Assembly: GCA_004431415.1 (NCBI GenBank)
Contig: QPMI01000395.1
Span: 124,001-188,000, forward strand
From: Cyanophora paradoxa CCMP329
Taxonomy: Eukaryota; Plantae; Glaucophyta
DNA length: 64,000 bases
Direction: 5' to 3'
Positions within the stretch are counted from its first letter, which is position 1. Each line of letters starts with the position of its first letter. The translations under genes were made by a program, and so were the position numbers. Positions 22,801-34,116 of the stretch are shown one piece after another. The notes beneath the pieces were generated by a model. That model did not search any database. It was not told the origin of the DNA and saw nothing but the letters and a program-made list of their open reading frames with translations.

Positions 22801-25800
22801 TACCCCCCCCTTAGTGCCCGGGGTGCTGCTGGTGGAGGACGTGGAGGAGCTCCTCCGCAACGCGCCCCCGGAGCTCACCGCCAAGGTCCGCCCCGCCGGG
22901 ACGCGTTGCCACCCCCGCCCCGTCCCCGATGCGGTGGCGTGGGATTGGAGGGCCCTCCCGCCCCGCCCCGCCCCGCTGAGGCGGCGGCGGCAGTTCGCGT
23001 GCATGCGGACCAAGTCGACGATGAGCGCCCTCTGCGTCTTCTCCGGCACCTACGTCGGTCCGCGCCGCCGCTTCTTCCTCCTTCTCGAGCCCCCCAGGCT
23101 AGCCCGCCCGCGGCAGGGTACATCGGGGTGGAGCGGGTGACGTCGCGCGCGGGGTGGCGCCTGGAGGAGGACGGCGAGCTCCTCCGCCGCGTCGCCGAGG
23201 CCTTCGCCGCCGTGCGCTCGGGTCGCCGCCGTGGAGCTCGAGGACCTAGGCTAGCGAGAAATGGCTCTTGATATAGCCCGCGTAGACCGGGACGCCCCCG
23301 CTTCCGCTTTCCAACTGAACGTTCGAACGTTCGTCTGATGCGCCCGCAGGCGCTGGCGCACGCGCGCCTCTTCGCCTCGCACCGCGAGCAGGAGAAGGCC
23401 CTCCGGGTGCGAACGGAGCCGAGCCAAAGCGGCCCGGCCCGCCGCCCCGCGGGCCCGGCCGCTGAGAAACAAGGCGGGGCGCAGCGGCAGCTGCGGGACA
23501 AGGACCTCCTCGCCCGCGTCACCCGCTCCCTCCTCGCCGACCAGGCCCGCCCCCCCGCCCGCCCCCCTCCCTTAAACAGAGAAGAGACTAGAGAGGGCCT
23601 ACTTGGGAGGCCTGAGCTCCGGCCTCCTCCCCTCCATCCCGACGACCCAACTGGTCGCCCCGCCCAACCTGCGATGACGCCGCCCGCCGGGCAGGTGGAC
23701 GAGACGCTGGAGCAGCTGCTCTCGCGAGGCGCCGAGGTCATCGGCGGCGCCCTCTCCGCCCAGCGCGTCTGGTGCGCACTCATCCGCCGGAGCCGAGGGA
23801 GGAGCGAGGGGCTTGGCGTGAAGTCCACGCGTCCCGCTCTTTCTTCGCGTCTGAATTAAGCTCTAGCACAGAGGCGCAAACTTAGCGCTTAGCTCAAGAG
23901 CCGCGGGTTCTTTTCTCGCCTCGCGCCTGATCGCGCGCGTGCGCGCGCACCGGCAGCCTCTGGGAGTGCTCGAGCGGCGCTGGGGGCGCGGGGGCGGGCC
24001 CCCCCGGAGCCTCCACCCCAGCCTTCGTGTGGTCCGCCGGGTCCGCCGGGCCCGACGGGTCAGCTGAGTCCGCCGGATCCGACGCGGTGCGCGCGGCCCC
24101 TCCCTTGAGCTCCCCGCCCGCCCCTTCACGCGAGCGACACGGCCCCGCGCGCAGGGCGCCGGCGCCGCCTCCCCCTCCGCCTCCCCCTCCTCCTCGGGGC
24201 TCGCCGGCCTCCTCGCGGGGGGCCCCGCCGAGCGCGCCCGCGTCTTCGCCGCCATGGACCAGAGCCCCGGTCCGCTTTCTCCCTTAAGCTTCCGCCCTTA
24301 AGCCCCTCGAGCCCTTACGCTTCCGCCCCCGCAGAGGGCGTGCTGGCCGTGCCCGACGTCGCCGCCTTCCTCGCCGAGGCCGCCGCCGCCGGACCCGCCT
24401 CCGATGATGCCGCCGCCCCCGGGCCCGAGGCCCGCCCGCCCGCCCGCCCGCCCCTTTAACTCGTCGCCCCTCACTTCTCGCGGGCAGGCCCCCCCCGGGG
24501 CGCGGGCGGCCTCCTCGATGGCCACCCGCGCCTACTTCCAGGGCGCCGTCCAGGGTACCCCCGCCCCGCCCGCCCCGCCCCGCCCCGCCCCGCCACGAAG
24601 GGCGCCCCGCCCCGCGCCGCGCCCCGCGCCGCCGCTGAGGGGCGGCCCTCGGCCCCGCCTCAGGGGTGGTGGTGGTGGAGATGCCGGGGGAGGCGGTGCA
24701 GTGGAGCCGCGAGGACGCCCTCCTCCTCCGCCAGGCGAGCCCGGGAGGGGGGGTACAGGGGAGGAGGAGATAGAAGCTGCGAGCCAGCCCGCTGCAGAAG
24801 TAGGAGGGGTAGAAGGGGCGGGGGAGCTGAGCTGTGCGGGGCAGGCGGCGGACCAGATGGGCGTCGCGATCGCGCACGCGCGCCTCGTCGGGCGCTACCG
24901 CGAGCAGGTGGGGCCCGACCCGGCTGTGCCTTCGCGCCTGGAGCGGGCCCTCACGGGCGCGCCTCATCAGAACGCGGAGCTGCAGCGGCAGCTGACGCAC
25001 TCGTCGCTGCTGCAGGCCATCACCCGCGAGATCCACCAGGCGCCCGCCCTCGGCCCCTCGCCCTTCCCTCCCTTCTCCCCCCGGGCCCCCCACTCACCGG
25101 CCCCCAGGTCCTGGGCGTGCGGGAGGTCTTTGCGACCTCTTGCAACCTCGTCCGCCAGGTGCCCGCCCGCCCGCCCGGCGCCGACCCGAGGCCCGCTCTC
25201 CTCCTCCGCAGCCGGGCCCGGTCCGACCCGCCCGCCCTCCCGCTCCCCCGCAGGCCTTCGCCGCCTCGCGCGTCCGCATCACCTGCCTCGACGGTGAGGC
25301 GCCGCCCGCCCGCCCCGCCCGCCCCGCCCCGCCCCGCCCCGCCCGCCCCGCCGCGTGGCCCGGCGGCCCCTCACTCACGGGCGCCCCGCCGCCCCCGCCG
25401 CCGCCTGCAGAGCCGTCGCTGGACGCCGTGTCGCTGGACCCGGCGCTGGCGCCCCCCGCGGGGGACCCCCGCCGCGGCTCGGCCGCCGCCGAGTACGACA
25501 AGCGCTTCGCCGGTCGGCCCCTCCCCCGCCCCCGCCCCCGCCCGCCTCTTCGTCTCTGCCTGACGCCCCGGCCCCGCGCCTGCGCCTCCCCTCAGAGCTC
25601 TCGCTGGAGGCCGTATCGGCGATCGCCGAGGCCGCCGGGCCCGCGCCCGCGCCCGGGGCCCCCCGCCACATCCGTCCGCCCCTTCCCGGCCCGAGAGCCT
25701 TCTGGGCGTCCGCCATCCCAGGAGCTGAGCGCGGGCGGGGGCAGCGGCGGCGTGGGGCGAGGCGGCGAGCGCGAAGGACCCGATCGCCTCGTGGCGCCAG

Positions 25801-27855
25801 CTCCTCCTCAACAGTGCGCGCGGCCCGGGCCCGCCCCGCCCCGCGTCCTCGTCGCCTCCTTCCTCTGACGGCCCCGCCCCCGGCCCCGCGCAGGCGGGCG
25901 CGACGTCCTCGCCATCAACGACGTCCACGACGTGCGCCCCGCCCCGCCCCGCCCCGCCCCGCCCCGCCCCGCCCTCCCCGGGGCCCCCGGGCGAGCCGGC
26001 CCCGCCTGAGCGGCGCCCTCGCGCGCGCCGGCAGCCGCGGGAGCTGCAGCGGCTGGGGATCCCCCTGGACCACGGCTTCTTCGAGCAGCTCCGCCGCAAG
26101 TCCGACCTCACCGGCATCAAGTCCGCCCCGCCCCCAGCCCGGAGCCCGTCTCTGCCCCTCACCGCCTTCCAGGAGCATGATGGTGGCCGTGACGACCTTC
26201 CAGGGCAAGCGCACCGGTGCGCCCCGCCCCGCCCCGCCCCGCCCCTTTGCTGCCCCCCGCTCTCCGCCTCTGACCTGGGGCGGCAGGGGTGATCTCGGTG
26301 TCGCAGCTGGACCGGCGCCGCGCCTGGCACCCCGACGAGCTCCGCCTCCTCCAGACCGTCGCCGAGCAGGCGCCCCCGCCCCGCCCCGGCGTCGAGCCCC
26401 GCGCCAAGGGAAAGCTGAGGGGCGGCCCGCGGGGGCAGATCGGGGTGGCCATCGCGCAGTCGCGCCTCCTCTCGAGCGAGAAGGAGCAGCGCGAGCTCCT
26501 CGCCTCCCAGGCGCGCGGGGCCCTCCCGGGGTTCATTCACGGAATCTATTTATAGCTAACCGGGGGCGCCCCCCTCAGAACGCGGCGCTGGAGGAGGCGC
26601 GGCGGGAGGCGGACGCGGCGAGCCGCTCCAAGTCCCAGTTCCTCGCCATGGTCCGCCCGCCCCGCCCCCGAGGCGAGGGCGGAGCCCGACGCCTGCCCCG
26701 CGCCCCGCCGCAGGTCTCGCACGAGGTCCGGACGCCCATGAACGCCATCCTCGTGCGCCCCGCCCCCCGCCCCGCCCCGCCGCCTTCTGAGCCCCGCCGC
26801 CCCGCCGCCTTCGTTCGCAGAACATGGCCGACTTCCTGCTGGTCCCCCGCCCCAACCCCGCCCACCAGCCCCCCTTGAGCTCGCTCCGGGCATGCGCAGG
26901 ACACGGAGCTGACGGAGTCGCAGCGCGACTTCTGCGCCACCATCCAGGTGAGGGCGGGCGGGGCCCGGGGCGGGCGGGGCGGGAGCCCGGGGGGGCCCCG
27001 CCCACCGCCCCCCCCGCAGAACTCGTCGACGGCGCTGCTGAACATCCTGCGGGACATCCTCGACACCTCGCGCCTCGAGTTCAACAAGGCCCGCCGCCCC
27101 CGCCCCGCCCCGCCCCGCAAGCAAGGCTTTGCGAGGCTCCAACGGGGGCCGCGCAGGTCGAGATCCGGCCGGCCCCGCTCGCCCTCCCGGGCCTCGTCGA
27201 GCAGGTGCGAACGAAGAGCCGGGGGCTCGGCCGCGGGCGCCCGAACCCCAACCGACGCCTCCGCTCGCAGGTGGTGGACCTGATGGGCCCCTCGGCCGCC
27301 CAGAAGGGCCTCGAGTGCGCTGCGCCGCCCCGAGCGCCGCCCAGGCTTTGCCCTCGAATCTAGAGCTGGGCGCTCGAGCTCTAGCTAGCCATCTATCTAG
27401 CAATCTAGAGCCGGGCGCTCGAGCTAGCTATCTGTGCAGCGCCGCCGCTTACGCGCCGGGGCGGGCGGGCGCAGCCTGAGCTGGCACATCGCGCGGGGCT
27501 GCCCCCGGACGCTGCACGCCGACGGGCCGCGCCTGAACCAGATCCTCGTCAACCTCCTCGGCAACGCCATCAAGGCGAGCCTGACCGATCTGAGCCGATC
27601 TGATCCGATCTGATCTGAGCCGATATGGTCTGAGCCGATCTCCCCCCCCCCCGCAGTTCACGTCGAAGGGGGAGATCAGCGTGCGGGTGTACACGGCGCC
27701 GGCGCCGCCCCCGGGGACCCGCGAGGGCCTCGCGGCCGGGGCCGGCGGCGGCGGGGCCGGCGGGGGCGAGGCGGGGCCCGCGGAGGCCGCCCAGGGCGAG
27801 GGCGGCGCCGCCGGCTCCTCCAGCCAAGCCGAGGCCAAGCCTGAGGCGCTGGCGC

Positions 27856-27888
<33 letters not shown>

Positions 27889-30800
27889 AGGGCGGGGGAG
27901 CGCTCTCCGAGTGGCTCCTCTTCGAGGTGCGAGCGAAGGCGGGGGCGCGCCCCCTCCGGGCCCTGACGGGGCCGGGGGCAGATCCGGGACACGGGGATCG
28001 GGATCTCTCGGGAGGGCCAGCAGCGTCTCTTCTCCTGGTTCTACCAGGTGCCCCCGCGCGCCCGAGGGCCCCGCCAGAGGAGCCGGAGAGGGCCGGAGAG
28101 GGCCTATCCCGCGAGGCGACCGCTCGCTTGCGGCTCGCGCCTCACGGGCGGGGCGGGGGCAGGTGGACAGCTCGCACTCGCGGCAGTACGCGGGGACGGG
28201 CCTCGGCCTCTTCATCTCGCGCAAGCTCGCCCTCCTCATGGGCGGCGACCTCACCGTCCGCTCCGAAGAGGTCCGCGGGGCCGGCGGGCCCCGCCCCGCC
28301 CCGCCCGTCCCGTCCCGTCCCGGCCGACGCGGCCGCAGGGTGCGGGGTCAACGTTCGTGCTGGCGCTGCCGCTCGCGGGCCTCCTCCTCGACGAGCCCTC
28401 CCCCGCCCGCGTGCGACCGCCGAGAGAAGAAGGAGGCGAGCCGCCGCCGGCTGAGGCGCCCCGCCCCGCAGACCGGCTCGGGCCCCTCCTCCGCCTCGAG
28501 CTCGCGGGGCGGGATGGAGGCGGCGTGGCGGGCGGCCCCCGTGGGGCTCGTCGGCCGCACCGTCGCCATCTGGTCTCGCTCCGCCGTCACCCGCGTGCGC
28601 GGCCGCCCCGGCAGTCAGACCCTAGATGACTAGGGGAGCCCGCGCCTCACTCGGGGCGGGCGGGGCGGGGCAGGACCTGCTGCGGGAGGCGCTGGAGGAC
28701 GCGGGGGCCGCCGTCCGCGAGATCCCCGCGCCCCCCGCCCGCCCCACCCGCAGGGCCCGCCCGCCCCCCTCCCTCCCTCTCCTTCCTGCCCGGAAACCGA
28801 AGCCGTCTCCCCCGCAGGGCGCGCGGCCGCCCGAGCTCGAGATCGCGTCCCCCTACGGCGACGAGGAGGAGGACGAGGCGGAGGCGGATGCGCGGGGCGC
28901 CGGCGCCGAAGAGGAGGAGGAGGAGGAGGAGGACCGCTCGCCGCCGCCCTCGGACGAGGCCCGCGCCCCTCCCGAGTACTGCACTGCACTGTACGGCGCG
29001 CTGAGGCGCCCCCCTCGCCCGCGCAGGAGCCGGAGGGCGGGGCGGGTCCGGAGCTCTGGCTGGGGCCGGGGCCGGCGGGGGCCAAGGCGGACGCCATCGT
29101 ATGGGACGTCGGCGCCCTCTCCGCCGCCCCCTCCCTCGACCCCCAGGTCCCGTACCCCCCCGGCCCCGCCCGGCCCTTCTCCCCCTCCCTTCCCGGATGC
29201 GCCCTCGTCTTAGACCGCGAAGAGAAAACGAAAGAGACTGCCTGCCGCGCGGAGTTCTCCCCTCGAGCTCGCTGCGCGCCCCTGGCCCAGCTTGACGCCG
29301 CGCGCCCCCACAGATCCCGCGAATGGCGGAGCGGGCGGGGATCCCCTGCGTCGCCCTCGCCCCGCGGGGCTACCCCTGCCTCGGAGTCGTCGTCCAGGTC
29401 CGCCTGTACCCCCCCCTCCCCCCATCCGGGCCCTGCCTGAGCGCCTCGCGTGCCGCGCGCAGTCGTGCTCGGCGGTCGTCTCGAAGCCGGTCAAGCCTCG
29501 CGCCCTTCTCGACACACTCGAGAAGGCCCGCCCGCGCGCCTCCTCCAGCACCCTCTGATTCAGAGTCCTCTCGCCTCACCGGGCGGTGTTGCTGGCGCGC
29601 AGGCGCTGGCGCACGGGCCGGGGCCGGTGCCGGGCCTGCTGGGGTCCGGCCTGGGGGGCCTGCTGGGGCCCGGCCTCGGCATGGGCTCCCGCTCCGCCTC
29701 CGCCTCCTCCGCCCTCTGCGACCTCGACCGTGCGGCCCCCGCCCCGCCCCGCCCCGCCCCGCCCCGCCCTTGCTCACTCGGGCGCGCAGAGGCGGCGCTG
29801 CAGCTGCCGCAGCTGCGGAGCCCGCGGGCGAGCGTCGCCTCGGCGCCCTCGGCCCTCTCCTACGCCTTCGAGCGCCTCCACGCCGCCGCGCCCCGCCCCA
29901 CCCGCGTGCGCCGGTGCAAGAGAGCTGCCGGCGCCCGCCCCTGACGCTACGGGCGGCAGGCTGGCGGCCGGCGTGTCGGCCTCGTTCGCGCCGCACAACG
30001 TGCTCGCGGCGGGGTGGCCGGGGCGCGCCCCCCGCGCTCCCCGGCCTCGGGCTCCCGCTCGGGCTCCGCCTGCAGCTCGCCCCTGGGGAGCCCGCGCCCG
30101 GCCCGGGCCCGGGCCCCGCCGCCAGCCCGCCGCCGCCCCGCCGGCCCCGCCCGGCCTCTCCAACTCGCTCGTCCCGCCCGTCTCCGCCCTCGGCCTCGCC
30201 CCGGCGGCCCCGCCCCCGCCCCGCGCCGGCGCCCTCGCCCAAGGCGGCGGCGGGGGCGGCGCCCATCCGCGTGCTGGTGGCAGAGGACGTGGCCGTCAAC
30301 GTCAAGATCCTCCTCCTCATGCTCCAGGTCCGGGGCGGGCGAGGGCGGGGGCCGGGGCCGGGGCCGGGGCGGGCCGCGCCGACGTGCACGCCCCCGCAGA
30401 AGCGGGGCTACCCCTCTGCCGACGTGGTGCCGAACGGGCTGGAGGCGGTGCGGGCGGTGCGCGGGGCGGCCGCCGCCGGGCCCCTACGACTGCCTCCTCC
30501 TCGACATCATGATGTGCGCCCGCCCGGGGCCGGGGCGGGCCGGGGCCGGCCGGGCCGGGGCCTAGAGGGGGCGTGCAGGGCCCGCCCCGCGCCGCCCGCG
30601 CCGCTCAGGGCGGGCGGCGGGGGCAGGCCGGTGATGGACGGGCTGACGGCGGCGCGGCGCATCGCGGAGGAGGTCCCCCGCGCCCAGCGGCCCTACATCA
30701 TCGGTCCGCCCGCCCCCTCGGGACCCCGCCATCTCCGATCGCCGCTGACGGGGCGCGGCAGCGCTCACGGCGAACGCGATGCAGGGGGACCGCGAGGCGG

Positions 30801-31021
30801 CCCTCGCCGCCGGCATGCACGACTACATCCCCAGTGCGCCCCCCGCCCGCCCGCTCTTGCGCCCGGGTCGCCCCCGGCCCCGAGCTCGGGCGGCAGAGCC
30901 GGTGCGGCCCGACGTGCTGGTGGCCGCCCTCGAGCGCTGCCGCGCCGCCCTCGCCCGCGGCGGCCTCGCCGGGCGCCCCGAGGCCCCCGCCCAGCCCGGC
31001 CCCGGCCCCGGCGCGAAGTAG
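19875..31021 (+). CDS. Multi-GAF hybrid histidine kinase (about 5 GAF, HisKA, HATPase, degenerate REC, REC); dozens of short introns
   Basis: Spliced H-box [11 protein letters not shown]|[14 protein letters not shown]-box [15 protein letters not shown]|FT, G1 [10 protein letters not shown]2 [14 protein letters not shown]. Receiver [16 protein letters not shown]|[23 protein letters not shown]. Repeated GAF ends such as [18 protein letters not shown]|IGVAIAQ and [12 protein letters not shown]|[11 protein letters not shown]. Confidence 0.92.
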
Positions 31022-31354
31022 GCCGGCCGGCCTCCCCCTCCCCCCCCGTGCGGGGCGGCGGCCATAAGAAAAAGTAATTGAAAAAACCGCCGAGCAGAAT
31101 TCGAACTTCAGCCTTTCTAATGCTTCGAATTCATGATCAAGGCTTCCTGGTACGGTCCGAAGCTCATGATCAGCTGCGCTTGTACACGTGGCCCAGTACT
31201 ATTGGGGGGCTGGCATTGCTGAGCGCGCTATAGCTAGTAGGCTACATAGCTATAGCTATAGCTACATAGCTAGCTCTAATTATAACTGCTGGCGCGCGCC
31301 GGCGGCGCCCGCGGTCGGGGGCCCCTCGCAAATTGCGCTTGCCCGCCGCGGCCT

Positions 31355-31528
31355 CAGTTTCGGGTCTCCCATTTCGCCGCGGAAATAAACCGAGTCCCGT
31401 CCCGGTTTTTTGTATGGGCCAGTTCGCAACACAATTGGGCGCCGCCATAGTAAAAACCGGGAAAATTCCCGGTTTTTTGGGTAACGCGGTCGAATCTCGG
31501 GGGGTCCGCTTTCCCGAGAAACTCGGGG
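31355..31528. mobile_element. Degenerate MITE-like segment abutting the WD40-WSC fragment
   Basis: Internal inverted repeats AAAAACCGGGA / TCCCGGTTTTT; imperfect ends. Confidence 0.35.
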
Positions 31529-33760
31529 GTGGCTGGAGGCGACCTGGGAAACGTGTACATGTGGGACTTCACTTCGCCGAACAACCAAGTTTTCCTGTGC
31601 GCAGACCTGTCCACAACGAATTATTCGTATCCAGCTACTTCGATTGCTGCCTTTAACGACATGAAACTTGGCGTCACTCTCGTTGCATGTGGACAGGATT
31701 CGGGCTTTGTGGTTTTCCTGACAAGTAACTATATATACAGCTTGAACAGCTCTAGCTTCATACGAGCAGTCGACATGGGCAGCGGCACTCCGGTCCGCGC
31801 CCTCGAGTTTTACTTCGACGGAAGTCTTCTCTTTTCCGCCTCTGATGACGGGTGAACGTGATCTGATTGGAAAATGATCTGGGGTACCTGGTCTGATTGA
31901 CCAATTTCAGATACGTCCGAATCGCGACGGTCGACGACGGCGTGATTCAGGCAGTGCTCACTTCAGTAGGCTATCGCCCAATTTTCTCGATAGCAGTGTC
32001 GACGCATCCCCTGTTCTTTTATCTAATCGCTGGCGGGGCTCAAGGAGACCTGCGCTTTTGGACCGTGGACTCTAAAATCCTTCCCAAGAACCTGACGTCT
32101 GCCGTTTGGATTCCCACCGATTTGACCGGCCAGCCAAACACAACTGACGCCCAAGTCAAGGCGCTGGCTCTATCTCCAACGGACGATTACTTCGCGGCAG
32201 TCGTCCGTACGATGTTGGACACATTCCCACTCTGGCAAGTAACGCTTCCGGCGACCCCTCTCCCGCGCCCGGCAACTTGGCCTCCCACCACCGCGTACAA
32301 TTACACATACGGCGATTGTTACATCAGCCCGTTGCCGACGTGGCACACTGAAACTACCCAGAACGTAACATTCCAGAGCTCCATAATGACCCTGGCCCTT
32401 TGTAGAGACCTGGCCATAACGCATCCGGCGGGACCCTTCCGCTACTTTGGAGTCTCGGTCTGTCATTTAATTTGTCTCAATCGCATGTGACTGAATATTT
32501 TTAATGCTGCCTTTGCACATGTACACATGTACAGAATGGTGACACCTGCTCCGTGCGTATTTTACACATTATAATAAGCGATCTTTGTAGAGTATATTGA
32601 AGTCGACGCTGCTTGTTGCAGTTTGGGCACTGGTTGGTGTTTACGACCGGAACATCAGTATCCGTAGCAGGCGGAGTGGAATGCGCATTCCCATGCGCAG
32701 GGTCACCTACAGCTACCGAAAAATGCGGCAGCGGGCCGCCTCTTAGTGCCAAAATTACGATGGCCGTTTATTCTATCGACGTGCCGTCCAGGAACAACAG
32801 TTTGCCGCCCGGGGCTACGCTTCTGAGTTACAACTTCACGTACACCGGATGTTTCAACGATCCGGATCAGGGGACCGCGCTGGGCGTCCCAGATGTACAT
32901 GTGTTTCGGAATCAAGTCGCGAACATAAATATGATGACCGCGGAGTACTGCGGGAATCTGGCTGCGAACTTGCTTGGCGGACCCTACAGCTTTTTTGGCA
33001 TAAGCATGGAACAGGCTTCTGAGTGCTACGTGCGCTAGGAGCTTTGTGCGCGATCGTGCTTCTGGTTAACGGCGCGGCGCCGCACAGGTCGGCGATTTCA
33101 AGAAGTACGTACCGTTCAAGGCACCAGACGCATGGTGTGATTGGGTTTGCCAAGGAAACGCAAGTCAATTTTGCGGATCGCAGTTCTACCTCTCCGTTTA
33201 CAAGCTGGCGTGGGTTATCCAGCCGCCCGGGACGCCGGGCCCCCCTCCGACCCCAACACCCAGTCCCTCCGCGATCGCGACCCCTACTCCGTTAATGTTG
33301 CCGTCGCCTTCTGCGAGCCCCAGGACCACACCCACGCCGACCGCAACCGCAACGCCCTCGCCTACCGCACTACCCACTCCGGATCCACCCGCCGTCGTCA
33401 CTCCCGCGCCGCTTGTCATCGTCTACACGTCCCCTGTCGCGAGCTCTGTCGTCGGCGTCGGGCAGGAGCTCGTCGTCCAGTACAGCTTCGCGTCCGTTTT
33501 CGCCTCGGACACTGAAGTCCTCCTCGTGGACGCCTTGTCCTCGACCGTAAGACACCCCCGCACGCTGCATCCATATGCATGCTTCTCGTGACCGATGATC
33601 GTTTAATATGTTTGCAGCTCCTCATATCGGGGCAGCCCATCTATGTCGGCGGCGGGTCGTTCCGCGTTGCAATCCCCCCCGCCGCTCCTGCGGGCAGATA
33701 CGTAGTGCGAATCCGCGTCGTTTCCCTCGCGAGCTCTGTCGACTCTCCGAGCTTCAGGTC
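31529..33760 (+). CDS. WD40 + 2 WSC + Pro/Thr stalk + Ig-like (Kre9/Ser-Thr-rich type) extracellular protein; apparently 5'-truncated
   Basis: WD-like VRALEFYFDGSLLFSASDDG|YVRI and LIAGGAQGDLRFW. WSC-like YTGCFND..MTAEYC..FFGISMEQASECY|..CDWVCQGNASQFCGS. PTPTPSP stalk. GGGSFRVAIPPAAPAGRYVVRI. No start codon or signal peptide found. Confidence 0.7.
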
Positions 33761-33891
33761 CGTATTCCTTGCAAACAAGATGCACGATGCGATGCCACCA
33801 ACATTTGCCGCGGAGTGCTGGCGCGTGCTTTACGCAGCCTTTGAAAAGAAAGCACTGTGCGGATCGATTGAGGTCTCTCTTCTAAATGTTA

Positions 33892-34077
33892 AATGCCTAT
33901 CAGTCTAAGAAAAGAGGAAGCCAAGAGACACGATGCGGCTTGCATTCGAAATAAATATAAGAGGCGGAGCGAGAATGCCTATGATGCCTATCAGTCTAAG
34001 AAAAAGCTTAAGAGGAAGCCACGAGACACGATTCTGCTTGCATTCACAATAAATAAGAGGCGGTGCGAGGAATGCCC
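33892..34077. repeat. ~90-bp tandem duplication between convergent genes
   Basis: ATGCCTATCAGTCTAAGAAAA..GAGACACGAT..GCTTGCATTC..TAAGAGGCGG occurs twice. Confidence 0.8.
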
Positions 34078-34116
34078 TCGAGACGTCTTCACTCGTGCTG
34101 CAAGCAGCAGAGGAAA

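Noticed and set aside
19875-26500. Phytochrome or cyanobacteriochrome identity for the GAF kinase
   Set aside because: No PAS-GAF-PHY layout and no DIP/DxCF or CH..Y chromophore motif was found in the exons I could assemble.
20525-31077. Long six-frame ORFs (e.g. 25355-26878, 29323-31077) as single-exon genes
   Set aside because: They are Pro/Arg/Ala-rich read-through of GC-rich introns; the real motifs switch frames at splice sites.
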